Positions 1 through 13,234 of a DNA stretch of 64,000 nucleotides are shown here, in pieces (the stretch's first letter is position 1; each line of letters opens with the position of its first letter). The notes beneath the pieces are model-generated. The model saw nothing but the letters and a program-made list of their open reading frames with translations. It was not told the DNA's origin and made no database searches. This DNA comes from Eledone cirrhosa (taxonomy: Eukaryota). The DNA lies in assembly GCA_964016885.1 (NCBI GenBank), contig OZ024743.1, positions 287,618,001 through 287,682,000 of the forward strand. The letters are read 5' to 3'. Made by a program: the position numbers and the translations under genes.

Positions 1-100
1 TGGCTGGACTAAAAAGTCACACTTGTTCAGCGCATCGGTAGGGGTTCTCCTACATGGATATAAAGTAGTGGCCGTACTCGAAAACGAGTTGGCAGCCACT
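1..100 (+). mobile_element. 3' end of RTE-derived non-autonomous SINE, followed by (ATGT)n tail
   Basis: Near-identical to ~60923-61022 and ~6884-6980; ends GTACTCGAAAACGAGTTGGCAGCCAC + (ATGT)n. Confidence 0.85.
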
Positions 101-183
101 ATGTATGTATGTATGTATGTATGTATGTATGTATGTATGTATGTATGTATGTATGTATGTATGTATGTATGTATGTATGTATG

Positions 184-921
184 TTATCTCTTTCTCTTAA
201 TTTCGAGTATATTTTTTTGACCGGCTACCTTCCTGGTGGCAAGGTTGTAAAAGAAAAGAAATTGACATCCCTTGAATCGCAAGAATGTTTTGAAAATTTT
301 GAAGGTGCCAGCTATCCCAGCCATTTGTAGACTATGAATTAGGGAGCTGCGTTCTTTGTCCGCAAATCCAAGTTCAGTCATACTTTGGTCCAAGCGGGTT
401 AGTATATAACCCGTAGCTCCAATAATGATGGGTATGAAGCTAAAGGTGTATCTTGGATACTGGATTTGTAAACTCCTCATCAATGGTCCGTAGATGTCCT
501 CCTTCTCCTGTATTTTTCTGACAACGTTTACATCAAGTGGGCAGCTGATCTCCACAACAGAACACGTTTTCAATGTGGGGTCCCAAACAACAATATCAGG
601 CCGGTTGTGCTTTAATTTGGTGGCAGTTTTTATTTTCAGGTTCCACCAGTATTCCTTAGTGCCATCTGTCTCAATATATTCTTCCTCGTTTGTTAATTTT
701 GTTTTCCGAAGTGCGTTCCAGATGGTTCTAGCTATCCCATCGTGTCTCATGGGGAGGTAGTAGCGAGATGACATTATTTCGCAGCTGGCAACAATGTGGC
801 TTACATCCTCGATCTTTGTTTTACATAGCCTACATTTATTGTCAGCTGATGGCCCTCCCCTTTTGTGCAGCAGATATTTGGTAGGGAGTTCTTGTTCCTG
901 TATTGCATAGAGATATCCCTC
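184..921 (-). mobile_element. 5'-truncated R4/Dong-like (R2-group) non-LTR retrotransposon: CCHC finger plus restriction-like endonuclease
   Basis: Minus frame reads [10 protein letters not shown]...CRLCKTKIEDVSHIVASC...RHD...NRPDIVVWD...VVEISCP, a PD-(D/E)xK-type RLE; (ATGT)n on both sides. Confidence 0.85.
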
Positions 922-1224
922 ATGTATGTATGTGTGTATGTATGTATGTATGTATGTATGTATGTATGTATGTATGTATGTATGTATGTATGTATGTATG
1001 TATGTATGTATGTGATGGCGGCGGTGATGGCGGTGGTGGTGGTGGTGGTGGTGGCAGTTGATGTTGTTGTTGTGTTCTGTGCGTGTGTGTGTGTGTTTTG
1101 TTATTTTGAGTTTTTTTGTTTGTTTGTGGTTTTTTTTTTCTTTTTATCTTTTGATGCCGCTGTTGTTGTTGTAAATGTCACCATCACCAGCGACCGGGCC
1201 TTAAGAAAACAACTTTAATAATAA

Positions 1225-1371
1225 TTTTTCTGCTTTTGGCACGGATCCAGCGACTGGTCCAGCGCATCACTGGTACTCTCTTTTGTTGACTCCGTAGGGA
1301 TGAAAGGCAAGGTTGACCTCGGCGGGATTTGAGCTCAGAGCGTGGAGAGCCATAACTCTATGCTGTAAAGC
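1225..1371 (-). mobile_element. tRNA-derived SINE fragment (octopus OK/Meta-core-like)
   Basis: Reverse complement of B-box GCTCAAATCCCGCCGAGG and core GCCTTTCATCC...GTACCAG shared with 55463-55677. Confidence 0.75.
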
Positions 1372-1473
1372 AATTATAATAATACTGGACTGTAATACGA
1401 ACGGCTTCAACTATACAAACTCTTGAAAGTCAACAGTTGACATAATCTTGTAATCTTGTATCAGTAATGACGG

Positions 1474-1555
<82 letters not shown>

Positions 1556-1702
1556 AAGTGAGTAGCGTGTGTGTGTTTGTTTGTATGTATGAGTGTTGCT
1601 GTGTGCGCGCGTATGTATGCGTGTGTGTGCGCGCATATGTATGCGCGTGTGTGTATGTCGTACGTATAAGTGTCAATAAGTGAGTTTTTTTTTTTTTTTT
1701 TT

Positions 1703-4700
1703 CGCGCGGGGACATAGAAATAATCGGGCTGGATGCCCGATCACAGTTAAACCACTGGGAGAGAAGAACCCCTAGCCCTTGTCAAGGCATTCTTCTAGGA
1801 GAAGGCATCTCAGGAAACTGGGTTAACTCCGACATAAAACCTGCGGCTCAGTAGTTACCGATGATGTTGATCTTTTCTTCTTTTCGGGTTATAGCTACTG
1901 TCGCTCAGAGAGTGGGATTGGCTCAGTGCACAGTCTTTCCTCACTTAAAAAATATTCGTCACGCACAGACATTGCATGTGTGCATTAATAATTATTAATA
2001 GTGTACTATTATTATTATTATTATTATTGTTACTATTATTATTACTTTTTTTTTTCTTTTTTTTTTTCTTCCAATTCAATGATGTTCCAGAACAATATAA
2101 AAGAGATAATTGGCAATTTAGGTTCTGGAACAAAAAAGATAATTGGCAATAAGGGCCCGCTCGTCATCGTGCCATTGTAATAGAGCCAAACAAGGCATTT
2201 AGTCTTGGCTGCTGGAACGTACGGACGCTGCTTGACAGGGATTCCTTGGAGCGTCCTGAACGAAGGACCGCTCTTGTTGCAAAGGAGCTTTGACGTTACG
2301 ATCTTGACATCGTGGCTTTATCTGAGACGAGGTTAGCTGGAGATGGTCATCTTACAGAATTTTGTGGAGAATATACATTCTTCTGGAAAGGAAGAGATGA
2401 AGGAACCAGAAGAGAGGCTGGGGTAGGATTTGCTGTTAAGACTGTACTTGTGAATAAATTAGAAGAATTCCCAGTAGGGATTAGTGAGAGTCTTATGTCC
2501 ATGAGAATTCCGCTGGACAGAGGAAGATATGCGACCCTGGTGAGTGTGTATGCTCCAACTATGAATTCTGTCGATGAAGAAAAAGTGTCCTTTTACCATG
2601 CCTTGAAAGGTGTTTTAAGAAATATCCCTCAGGCAGACAAAGTCATCGTGCTTGGTGACTTTAATGCTAGAGTGGGTAGAGATTTTAACACATGGAATGT
2701 AATCGGAAGGCATGGGGTGGGAAAGTGTAATAACAATGGTATGCTCCTGCTGCAGATGTGTGAGGAGCTGGATCTGTGTGTTACCAACACCTTGTTCCAA
2801 CAAAAGAACACATTCAAGACCACATGGATGCATCCTGCATCTAAGGAATGGCATCTTTTGGACTACATCTTAGTCAGGATGCGTGACAGACAGGATGTGC
2901 AGTGTGTTCGTGCTCTTCGTGGAGCTGAGTGCTGGACGGACCACCGCCTGGTACGCGCAAAAGTGAAACTAATCACTAAACGTAAAATCCGGGCTCCTGG
3001 TGTTGCCCTACCCAAAAGATTGAATGCTGCTCGTCTTAAGGATAGAAATGTGAAGAGGACATTGGAAGAAGAGATGCAGGCTGCAGATCTTGGTAAGGAT
3101 TGGCCGACCCTTAAAAAGTCGGTTTATGATGTAGGCAGGCGTGTTCTGGGATTGGTGCAGAGAAAACATCAGGACTGGTTTAATGAGAATGATGTACATA
3201 TAGAAGACTTGTTGGCTGATAAGAGGCGTGCTCTGTCACGCTACTTGACGGCAAAACCACAGGAGAGGAATACGTTGCATGAGGAACTCAAGGATGTAAA
3301 ATCACGTGTTAGGCGGAGTCTTTCTCAGATGAAGGATCAGTGGTGGAGTGAGAAGGCTGGTGAGATACAAACTGCGTCAGATTCCAATAACACAAAGCTG
3401 TTGTACAGTCTCTTGCGTGAGGTTTATGGACCGTCTTCTTCTCTGGTGACACCGCTTCGCAGCAAGGATGGCAAAGAACTTCTTCGTGACTCACAAGGAA
3501 TTCTACGAAGGTGGCAAGAGCACTTTGATGATCTCTTGAATCAGCCGTTTGTCGTCAGTGAAGATTTCCTCAATCTCATTCCAGAAAGTCCTGTGAAAGT
3601 AGCTCTCGCAGAACCTCCGACGCTTGTGGAGGTTGCAGTGGCTATTTCGAAGCTGAACAGTGGAAGATCTCCAGGTATGGATGGCATACATGCTGAGTTC
3701 CTACAATATGGTGGTGAGAGACTCCTGCAACATCTTCACTCTTTGTTTGGCAGGATATGGGCTAATGAATCCGTACCTGAGGACTGGAGAGATGCAGTAA
3801 TGGTGGTCTTGTACAAGGGAAAGGGTAACAGGAATGATTGTGGGAACTACAGAGGAATATCATTGCTTTCTGTCGTAGGGAAAGTTTTATGTAGGGTGCT
3901 TCTGGACCGTCTGCTGACACACATTGTAGATTGTGTTCTTCCTGAAAGTCAATCTGGTTTTCGTGCTGAACGCGGCACTACTGATATGATCTTCTCAGCT
4001 AGACAGCTCCAGGAGAAGTGCATGGAACAAGGCTTGGATCTGTATCAGGCTTTTGTCGATCTGACAAAAGCTTTCGATACTGTTAACAGAGATGCATTAT
4101 GGAAGGTTCTCCAGAAACTTGGTTGCCCTGATAAGTTCATTGCCGTAGTTAGGTCTTTCCATGACGACATGAAGGCTTGGGTTAATGTCGGAGGTAACAT
4201 GTCGGAGCCTATCTCAGTAAAAAATGGAGTGAAACAGGGGATATTCCAGCACCGACCCTGTTTGCCATATACTTTGTAATGGTTTTCTGTATTGCATTCA
4301 GGAATTGCGAGCATGGTGTTTACATCCGATATCGAACCTCAGGCAGCGTATTTAACATCAGGCGCTTTGCTGCAAAGACAAAAGTATTTACATCAATCAT
4401 AAGAGACCTCTTGTATGCAGATGATTGCGATCTTGTAGCGCACACAGAGAGTGAAATGCAGCACATTTTGAATGCATTTTCTGACGCTTGCACTGCTCTA
4501 GGATTGACTGTCAGTCTCAAGAAAACCGTCGTCATGTACCAACCTGCCCCCGGTAAGCAGTACACTGAACCAAATATCTATGTGTATGGTAAACGACTTG
4601 GAGTGGTTGATCAGTTTGTCTACCTGGGAAGCACTGTCAATCGATACAGCAACCTTGACAGTGAAATCTCACTTAGGATTAGGAAAGCAAGTGATGCTTT

Positions 4701-5960
4701 CGGAAAGCTAGAAAGGCGACTCTGGGGTCGGCGAGACATATGCAGGAGGACAAAGGTAAAGGTGTACAGGGCATGTGTGCTCTCTTGTTTTCTTTATACC
4801 TGCGAGACTTGGGTCACATATCGACACCACCTTAAGCAATTGGAGCGTTTCCATCAGATGTGTCTCAGACGGATCCATGGCGTTCACTGGAGGGACCACA
4901 TCAGTGATGTCGAGATTTTGGAAAGCTCTATGTGTGACAGTATAGAAGCTCTTGTGCTTAAGCAACGACTCCGTTGGAGTGGTCACGTTGCCAGGATGAA
5001 GGATTCTAGAATACCAAAACAACTCTTTTATGGAGAGTTGCTTAAAGGAAAACGACCGCCACATAAACTAAAAAAGAGGTATAAGGATTCCTTGAAAGCC
5101 GCTCTGAAAGACGCTAACATCTCTGCTGATACATGGGAAAATATTGCTGCTGATCGTAATAAATGGAGAAAGACTGTATATGAGGGAAAAGTTGCCTTTG
5201 AGGCATCTCGAATCGCATACGAGATAGTAAAGCGGGATGTGAGGAAGGGCATTGCTGTTAAACTTCCAGACGGCGAGGGTCCTCCTATGGTGCTGACATG
5301 CAGCGTCTGTGCGAGACTCTGCCTAAGCAAAGCTGGACTCGAAAGTCATCTTCGCAGTCATAGAGTAAGATCAGTGGTTGACTACCAGGCTGCTGTTGGA
5401 GATGCTACTCATAATGCTTGCCAAACATGTGGTAGAGAATGTAAATCAGCAGGAGGGCTCAAGCGACATGCAAAAGTACACGAACTCCAACCACAGCCGA
5501 CTATTCCCAGTGAATGTTTTGGTTGCCGACTCTGTGCAAGACATTTTAGATCATTGGCTGGGCTAAAAAGCCACATTCGATCGCAGCGCTGTTAGTTGCT
5601 ATCGTGTGTGTGTGTGTGTATAGATATGTTTGTGCGTGAGCGTGTATGTGTATATATGTATGTATATGTATATTATTATTGTTGTTGTCGTTATTATTAT
5701 TGTTGTTATTATTATTATTGTTATTAATGTATATGTGTGTATGTATATATGTGTGTGTGTATATATGTGTGTGTGTATGTATGTATATGTATGTGTATGT
5801 ATATATATATATATGTATATATCTATATATTTATATATTTCTTTTTTTATTTTTATTTTATTTTTTATTTATTTATTAATTTTTAATTTTTTTAATTTAT
5901 TTTATTTTTTTTTCTCCTCGTGCAATGGCCATACTCGATAACGAGGGGGCAGCCATCAGC
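1703..5960 (+). mobile_element. Near full-length RTE-clade LINE (5'UTR, APE-RT ORF, 3'UTR interrupted by simple repeats at 5605-5910, (ATGT)n tail)
   Basis: 5'UTR motif CTAGGAGAAGG; single APE+RT ORF; 3' end TACTCGATAACGAG..GGCAGCCA then (ATGT)n at 5961. Confidence 0.93.
2213..5595 (+). pseudogene. RTE ORF: AP endonuclease, reverse transcriptase, three C-terminal C2H2-type zinc fingers
   Basis: WNVRTL, ALSETR, VYAPT, GDFNAR, LDY, TDH; NYRGISLL, FVDLTKAFDTV, GVKQG, LYADD. Lesions seen: TGA at 2291 and a frameshift in the G-run at ~4240. Confidence 0.93.
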
Positions 5961-6023
5961 ATGTATGTATGTATGTATGTATGTATGTATGTATGTATGT
6001 ATGTATGTATGTATGTATGTATG

Positions 6024-6482
6024 TTCTTCTGGTTTTATAAATTCACAAATTTTTTCGCAATAGAGAGAGAGTCGGTTTTTAACATAGACACAAGACTCTC
6101 TCATTGGAATTTACACAACATCAACTAGGTAGATATGTATGCATGTTTGCATGTCTGCATGTGTAGATATGGATGTTATTGTATGTGCGGATGTGTATGT
6201 TTTGAATTGTATGTGTGCATGTGTATATGCTTTGTATCTGTACATGTGTATATGCAGTTAATAGATGCAGAAGTTTTGGAATGTTTTACATATTTTTACT
6301 GTTCCATTGGATTGTACTTGTAATTCCCTAACTAGTTGTGTTCTTTCTGTTCCTGTGAAGCCTAGCTTCTCAAGATTTGTATTGAGGCAGTTACTAACAT
6401 ATCCTAGTGCCCCAATAATCACAGGCATAAATCTGAAGGTGTAATCAGGGTGGAGTATCTTCAGATTTCGCATCAGTTCTGC
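6024..6482 (-). mobile_element. 5'-truncated R4/Dong-like element (endonuclease C-terminus + ~230 bp 3'UTR), second subfamily
   Basis: [26 protein letters not shown]...GTVKICKTF is homologous to the end of the 184-774 ORF; (ATGT)n on both sides. Confidence 0.82.
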
Positions 6483-6576
6483 ATGTATGTATGTATGCAT
6501 GTATGTATGTATGTATGTATGTATGTATGTATGTATGTATGTATGTATGTATGTATGTATGTATGTATGTATGTAT

Positions 6577-6980
6577 GAGAGATGACCCCTTAGCCTTTGT
6601 CAAGGCAGAATTCTAGGAGAAGGAAAACTCTGACATAACACCTGCAACCCTGATGGTATCCAATGATGTTGACTTGTTCTTCTTTTTGGTAAATATCATC
6701 TTGGTTAAGAGAGTGGGACTGGCTTTGTGCACTGCCTTTGCTCACTATAAAAGCTTCACGGCACAGGCATTGCTTTATATCTGGAGATCTCTCTGCACTT
6801 GTCATCACAGGGTACCCTGGGCCCAGCACTATGTGTCAATAATTGTCACAAGTGTAGTGTTTGTACCAGAGTTTTCAAGTCGCTGGCTGGATTAAAAAGT
6901 CACACTCGTTCAGCGCATCGGTAGGGGTTCTACATGGATATAAAGTAGTGGCCGTACTCGAAAACGAGTTGGCAGCCACC
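6577..6980 (+). mobile_element. 5'-truncated RTE-derived SINE
   Basis: Near-identical to 60617-61022; between two (ATGT)n tracts. Confidence 0.88.
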
Positions 6981-7047
6981 ATGTATGTATGTATGTATGT
7001 ATGTATGTATGTATGTATGTATGTATGTATGTATGTATGTATGTATG

Positions 7048-7078
<31 letters not shown>

Positions 7079-7138
7079 TGTATGTATGTATATATGTAAT
7101 GTATATATGTATGTGTATGTATGTATGTGTGTGTATAT

Positions 7139-8977
7139 GTCAGGTCGCTCTTGAGTGCTACTGGTAACATGTAACCCAGTACAACATGTCTCATGGTCGG
7201 GTCATCGGCGTCGAAACGGGCAACCCCACCAAGCCTGCTTGGTGTTGAGGGTGATATTTGGACACCCTGTGTAATGAATTACAAGACACAGCAAATGGCG
7301 GAGGAACTCAGCTGTGTCAAATAGTACTTTTCTTTCCACCTGAGAGTGAAAGGCCCCCAGTTTTTATCACAACACCTTTCTAGGAGAGGGAAACTGAAAA
7401 AAACCCCGCGGCTTCGGAAGCATCCGATGATGTTGACCAGTTCTCCTTTTCGGCTAGTGTTTCCGATGCTCAAAGAGTGGGTTTGGTCAATTGCAAGGCC
7501 TTTCTCCACTTAAAAAACATTCAAAGCACAGGCATTGCTTGTTCAGGACCTGTTTCAGGTTCGTGTGGTTGGCCGTAGCACCAAACTCTATGATGAAAAA
7601 TGATGACCTTGAAGTCAATGATAATGTCCATGAGAGTCCCTCTGATTTAAAACCGCTTTATGACTCTGGTCAGTGTGTACGCTCCTACCATGTGTGCTAG
7701 TGATGATGAAAAACTAGCTTTCTACATGTCTTTGAAAGAGTTCATCCATAGTATACCTTATGCAGACAAGATTTCATCCTTGACGATTTTAATGCACGTG
7801 TTGGTAATGACTGGGAAGCTTTTGGAGTGTGATAGGCAAGCAGGGAGTGGGAAAGTGCAATAACTTTGGCCTACTTCTATTGCAGATGTTCACTGAAATG
7901 GATCTTGTCCTTGGGAACACGCTCTTCCAGCAGAAAGATACATGTAAGACAATATGGATGCATCCAGGTTCCAAGAAGTGGCACCTTATTGACTTTGTTT
8001 TAACGAGCATTGGTTCGTGTATTGCGAAGTGCGGAATGTTGGACTGACCATCGTCTGGTGCGCGCTAAGTTTCAATTTGTTATGAAGCAGAGGTTGGTCT
8101 GCGTGATAGAAAATCATGTGAGTCATTTGGAAGGCTTAGCGACCGTCTATGGTGCAGGCGAGGTATCACAATGAAGACCAACGTGAAAGTGTATGCCGCA
8201 TGTGTACTGTCAGCGTTGCTGTATGCATGTGAGACATGGGTTGCCTACAAACGGCATATCAAAAGACTGGGACGATTTCACCAGCAGTGTCTCAGAAAGA
8301 TGCTCCGTATCAAGTGGCAGATGCATGTGAGTGATGTTGAGGTCCTTGAGAGAAGTGAGTGTCAGAGCATTGAAAGTATCATCCACCAACGACGTTTGCG
8401 ATGGACTGGACACCTCTGCAGAATGGAGGACGATCGAATCCCGAAACAACTTTTGTATAGCGAGCTTTGTAAAAGTAAGAGACCACTTCACAAACCAAAG
8501 CTTCGATTCATTGAAAAAAATTGGTTTGATGGTGGCTGGCTGGGAGATAAAAGCTCTTGAAAGAGAAACTTGGCGTTGAAAGGTAAATGATGGGGTCCAT
8601 AATTTTGAGGACAGACGCATAGAGCACGAGAAAATCAAACAGGATGTGCGTAAGCAATGCCCTGGTGTATCTCTCGAAACGATCGGTGTCTCCATTGAAT
8701 TGGTGTGCCCTGAGTGTGAAAAGATTTGCTTGAGCAAATCTGGTCTCAGGAGTCACAGTCGTAGCCATGTCCAAAGAGAACCAGTGAAATATGATCTCCA
8801 CGTATGGTGAAGGTTCACAGGCAACCTGATGCAAGACCTGGGGCCAGGCAGATCCATAGTTGTCGTCAATGTGCGAAGAAGTGCATATCTCTATCAGGCT
8901 TGAAAATCCATATCCTTGCGTCACACATCTGAAACTGACAAGCGCTTGCAATACTCCTAGCAGAGTTTGCAGCCACC
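7139..8977 (+). mobile_element. Internally deleted, decayed RTE LINE (5' head, APE fragments, post-RT region, zinc finger, 3' end; RT core missing)
   Basis: [62 protein letters not shown]; 5' head matches SINE head at 60416; ends GCAGCCACC. Confidence 0.88.
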
Positions 8978-9012
8978 ATATATATATATACACATTCATA
9001 CATATAAACATA

Positions 9013-9641
<629 letters not shown>

Positions 9642-12600
9642 TTTTTGGTACATCTGAAGTAATTGATTGGTGCAACAACCTGAATAAGAAAAACAAACAA
9701 ACATTTATTCAATTTGATATTGCCAGCTACTATTCTTCTATTTCGGCTTCACTTCTCAACAATGCTCTATCTTTCGCTTTTAAATATTCTGACATCACCA
9801 CAGATGAACTTCACATCATTCTCACGGCAACAAAAACCATCTTAGAATTCAACAATGAATACTGGACTAGACTAGAGCTGAGACCTCCAACAACTTTTAT
9901 ATCACAATGGGTGCATCCGATTCATCGCAATTGACTGATTTGATTGGTATTTTTATTTTGAATTCTTTAAATCGGAAAATTCCTCAACTTCGCGGTGGAA
10001 TTTATCGTGACGATGGACTTTTTACTATCTTAAATTGCAATTTAGGTAACCTTAATATTATTAAGAACAATATACGTGATCTCTTTAACCAACATAACCT
10101 TAAAATTGAATTTGATAACAACGTCAAACTAGCTAACTTCTTGGATATATCCCTTAATCTTGACACTGGCCTATATTACCCTTACCATAAAAACAATGAG
10201 AATCTAAATTATGTTAATTTTAAATCTAACCACCCCACTAACATTAAAAATGCTATAGTTAGTAATATTGGAAAAAAGAATATCAAACCTATCATCTAAT
10301 AAAAATATCTTTGATGCTAACGCCAATTACTATAATAATGCGCTTTCTAAAGCCGGTTATCCTGATAAAATTAAATACAGTAAAGAAACCAATCCTAGAA
10401 GATCTTACAGTAAAATAATTAATTATGATCATTCCAATAACTTAAATAAAAGACCTAGATACAAAAATATAATCTGGTATAATGATCCTTTCTCTATTTC
10501 TATTAATAATAATATTCCTAAACTATTCTTTAGGGCCTTAGATAAATGCTTCCCTCCCTCACATATCTATAGTAAAATATTTAACAAACATACAATAAAA
10601 GTTTCCTATTCCACCTCCTCCAACATCTCCAACATTATCTCTAAACACAATAAAATATTAAATACTAAATCACATCCTTCCAACACTGAATGTCATAATA
10701 ATAGCAGTAGTACTCCCGACGTCATTGTTAACTTTAGGCTAGATTTTGCAAACTCAAATACGACGTCAAACGTAACTTCGTCGAATGTTCATAATACCAA
10801 TCTAAATCAGGAAACTATTATTCCTATCGTAAATAATTTCTCCAATCCAATTCCTCCTATAAATAACACTAGGTCACTTGTTAATAACTCTGTTAATTTC
10901 TCTAATCGCAATTGTAATTGCCCTGTTAAAACTAAATCTCCTCTCAATAACCATTGTCTTGAAAAAAACTTAGTCTATGAATGTAAAGTTATAACTGATA
11001 CCAATTACTTTACCTATTTCGGTTCCACTTCCACTTCCTTCAAAGTGAGATTTTATAATCACAATTCTTCTTTTAGATACCAAATTAAAAGAACTAACAC
11101 GGCACTCTCAGAACTCATATGGTCCTTGAAATACAAAAATATTAACTATAACATCTCTTGGAGGAAAGTTTATTCTGCCTCTCCCTACTTGAATGCCTCT
11201 CTATCCAGAACGTGTAATCTTTGCTTATCTGAGAAATTTACCATTATATCTAATTTAGATTCTATAATAAATAGACGCACTGATTTATTTTCTCTCTGCT
11301 TGCATAAGTTCCACAGAACATTCCATAAAGTATACAGCTAATATCTAATACTTTACTAGTTTAAAATCCTTTTTCTCAAAGGCTTATATATATATATTTC
11401 TTTAAAAATATACCCATCTTTCTACCTTATTTCAATATTATCTATTATACATTATATAATACTAGTTACTAATTCTATATCATTCTTCTTTATCACTTTC
11501 CTTTCTTCCTCTTTTCTTTTTTCTTTTTAATTTCTAACCTCTAATCTGTACTTTTTCTTCCGAACTACTTCTCAATTCTTATTATTACTCACCACAACAT
11601 ATCCACTCTTCCATCTTTCTTCATATCATTGGCCATAAAAAATATTATTATTACCTTTCAAATACATTATAGTATTACCTTTAATAATCCTTCGTAAACA
11701 TAAACATTTTTTTGACGTTAGATTTTTCCTCCTTAGTTCCTTATTTCTTCCTTTCATGCTCGTTTGACTTTTACATATTACATATTACAATACATAAAAA
11801 CAAACTTAAACCCTAACTAATCTCCTTTATTATATTATATTATTACCATTAGAAAATATTTCGTAAACATATATATTTTGATGTTAGATTCTTTTCTTCC
11901 TTAAACATTATTTTCTTCTTTGCTTTCTGCGCTCATTTGTAAACAAACTATTTACATATATTACGCACACATATTACGTTATATAAATACAAACTTAAAC
12001 ACTAACTAATTCCTCTAAATTCATAACTCATCCACTCTTCTACTTCTTTTCACATTATATCCTTAATAACATTAATATTTTTATTTTAATAATACATATT
12101 AACAATTTCTTTTCCTCGCACATATTATTAAACCCTTCAATATACAAACCTTAATTTAATATTATTCTTAACCCCATTTTTCTCTTCATCAACTTTTAAT
12201 TTCAAATTCTTTAAAATTATCTATTATCTTCCAACGGCTTTTTAACCTCTCTCTGTGAGACAATATATATTTTTCTCAGTTGTAAAGGTTATCTCTCTCT
12301 CTCTATCACCCATCTCTCCCCCTATCTCACCCTTCCTTCTTATACTCCTCCCCCACCATTCTTTACTCTCATCTCCTCCTCTTTCTCACCCTTACCAACC
12401 CCCCTCACTTTTTCCCAATATCACACATCAATCTTAAATTATTTTTCATATGTTGATTTAAAACTTCACCATTCACAAGTGTTTTTTTAGCCTTCATATC
12501 ATGTATCCCTATTTTATCTGATGAAAACGCAGATGTCATCTCATGATGATATTTGTTTTTGAAATGCGCATAATAAAATACTTGGAACTCTTTTAACCAT

Positions 12601-12705
12601 CTTTTGATCTTATATTATTTATACTCCAGTCCTACAAACTGTAGAGTGCTACTTATCCGATATTTGCATTGCTTTATTGTACTACAATAAAACTCACCTC
12701 CTACA
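9642..12705 (+). mobile_element. 5'-truncated Penelope-like element (RT + GIY-YIG, frameshifted; long AT-rich 3' region and pLTR); possibly Nematis-like
   Basis: FIQFDIASYYSSIS, TMGASDS, GIYRDDG, FLDISL; CNCP...LVYECKV...YFGST...FKVRFYNH...CNLCLSEK; coding ~9650-11341. Confidence 0.9.
12510..12580 (+). ncRNA. Type I hammerhead ribozyme in PLE pLTR
   Basis: Stem I TATTTTAT/ATAAAATA, CTGATGA 12518-24, ~15-bp stem II, GAAA 12561-64, palindromic stem III, AUA triplet, predicted cut after 12572. Confidence 0.82.
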
Positions 12706-13039
12706 TATATATATATATATAGTTATATGTTTATATGTATGAATGTGTATATATATATATATAGTGGCTGCAAACTCTGCGAGGAGTATTGCAAGCGCTT
12801 GTCAGTTTCAGATGTGTGACACAAGGATATAGATTTTCAAGCCTGATAGAGACTTGCACTTCTTCGCACATTGACGACAACTATGGATCTGCCTGGCCCC
12901 AGGTCTTGCATCAGGTTGCCTGTGAACCTTCACCATACGTGGAGATCATATTTCACTGGTTCTCTTTGGACATGGCTACGACTGTGACTCCTGAGACCAG
13001 ATTTGCTCAAGCAAATCTTTTCACACTCAGGGCACACCA
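12706..13039 (-). repeat. Inverted duplicate of the RTE 3' end and TA tail at 8701-9030
   Basis: Reverse-complement match; ORF 12789-13097 repeats the peptide of ORF 8508-9167. Confidence 0.9.
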
Positions 13040-13118
13040 TCTCATGATGATATTTGTTTTTGAAATGCGCATAATAAAATACTTGGAACTCTTTTAATTA
13101 TCTTTTGATCTTATATTA
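13038..13118 (+). repeat. Third, partial pLTR copy starting within hammerhead stem II
   Basis: Direct repeat of ~12537-12617, then (TA)n. Confidence 0.85.
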
Positions 13119-13154
13119 TATATATATGTATGTACATATATCATATATCATATA

Positions 13155-13232
<78 letters not shown>

Positions 13233-13234
<2 letters not shown>

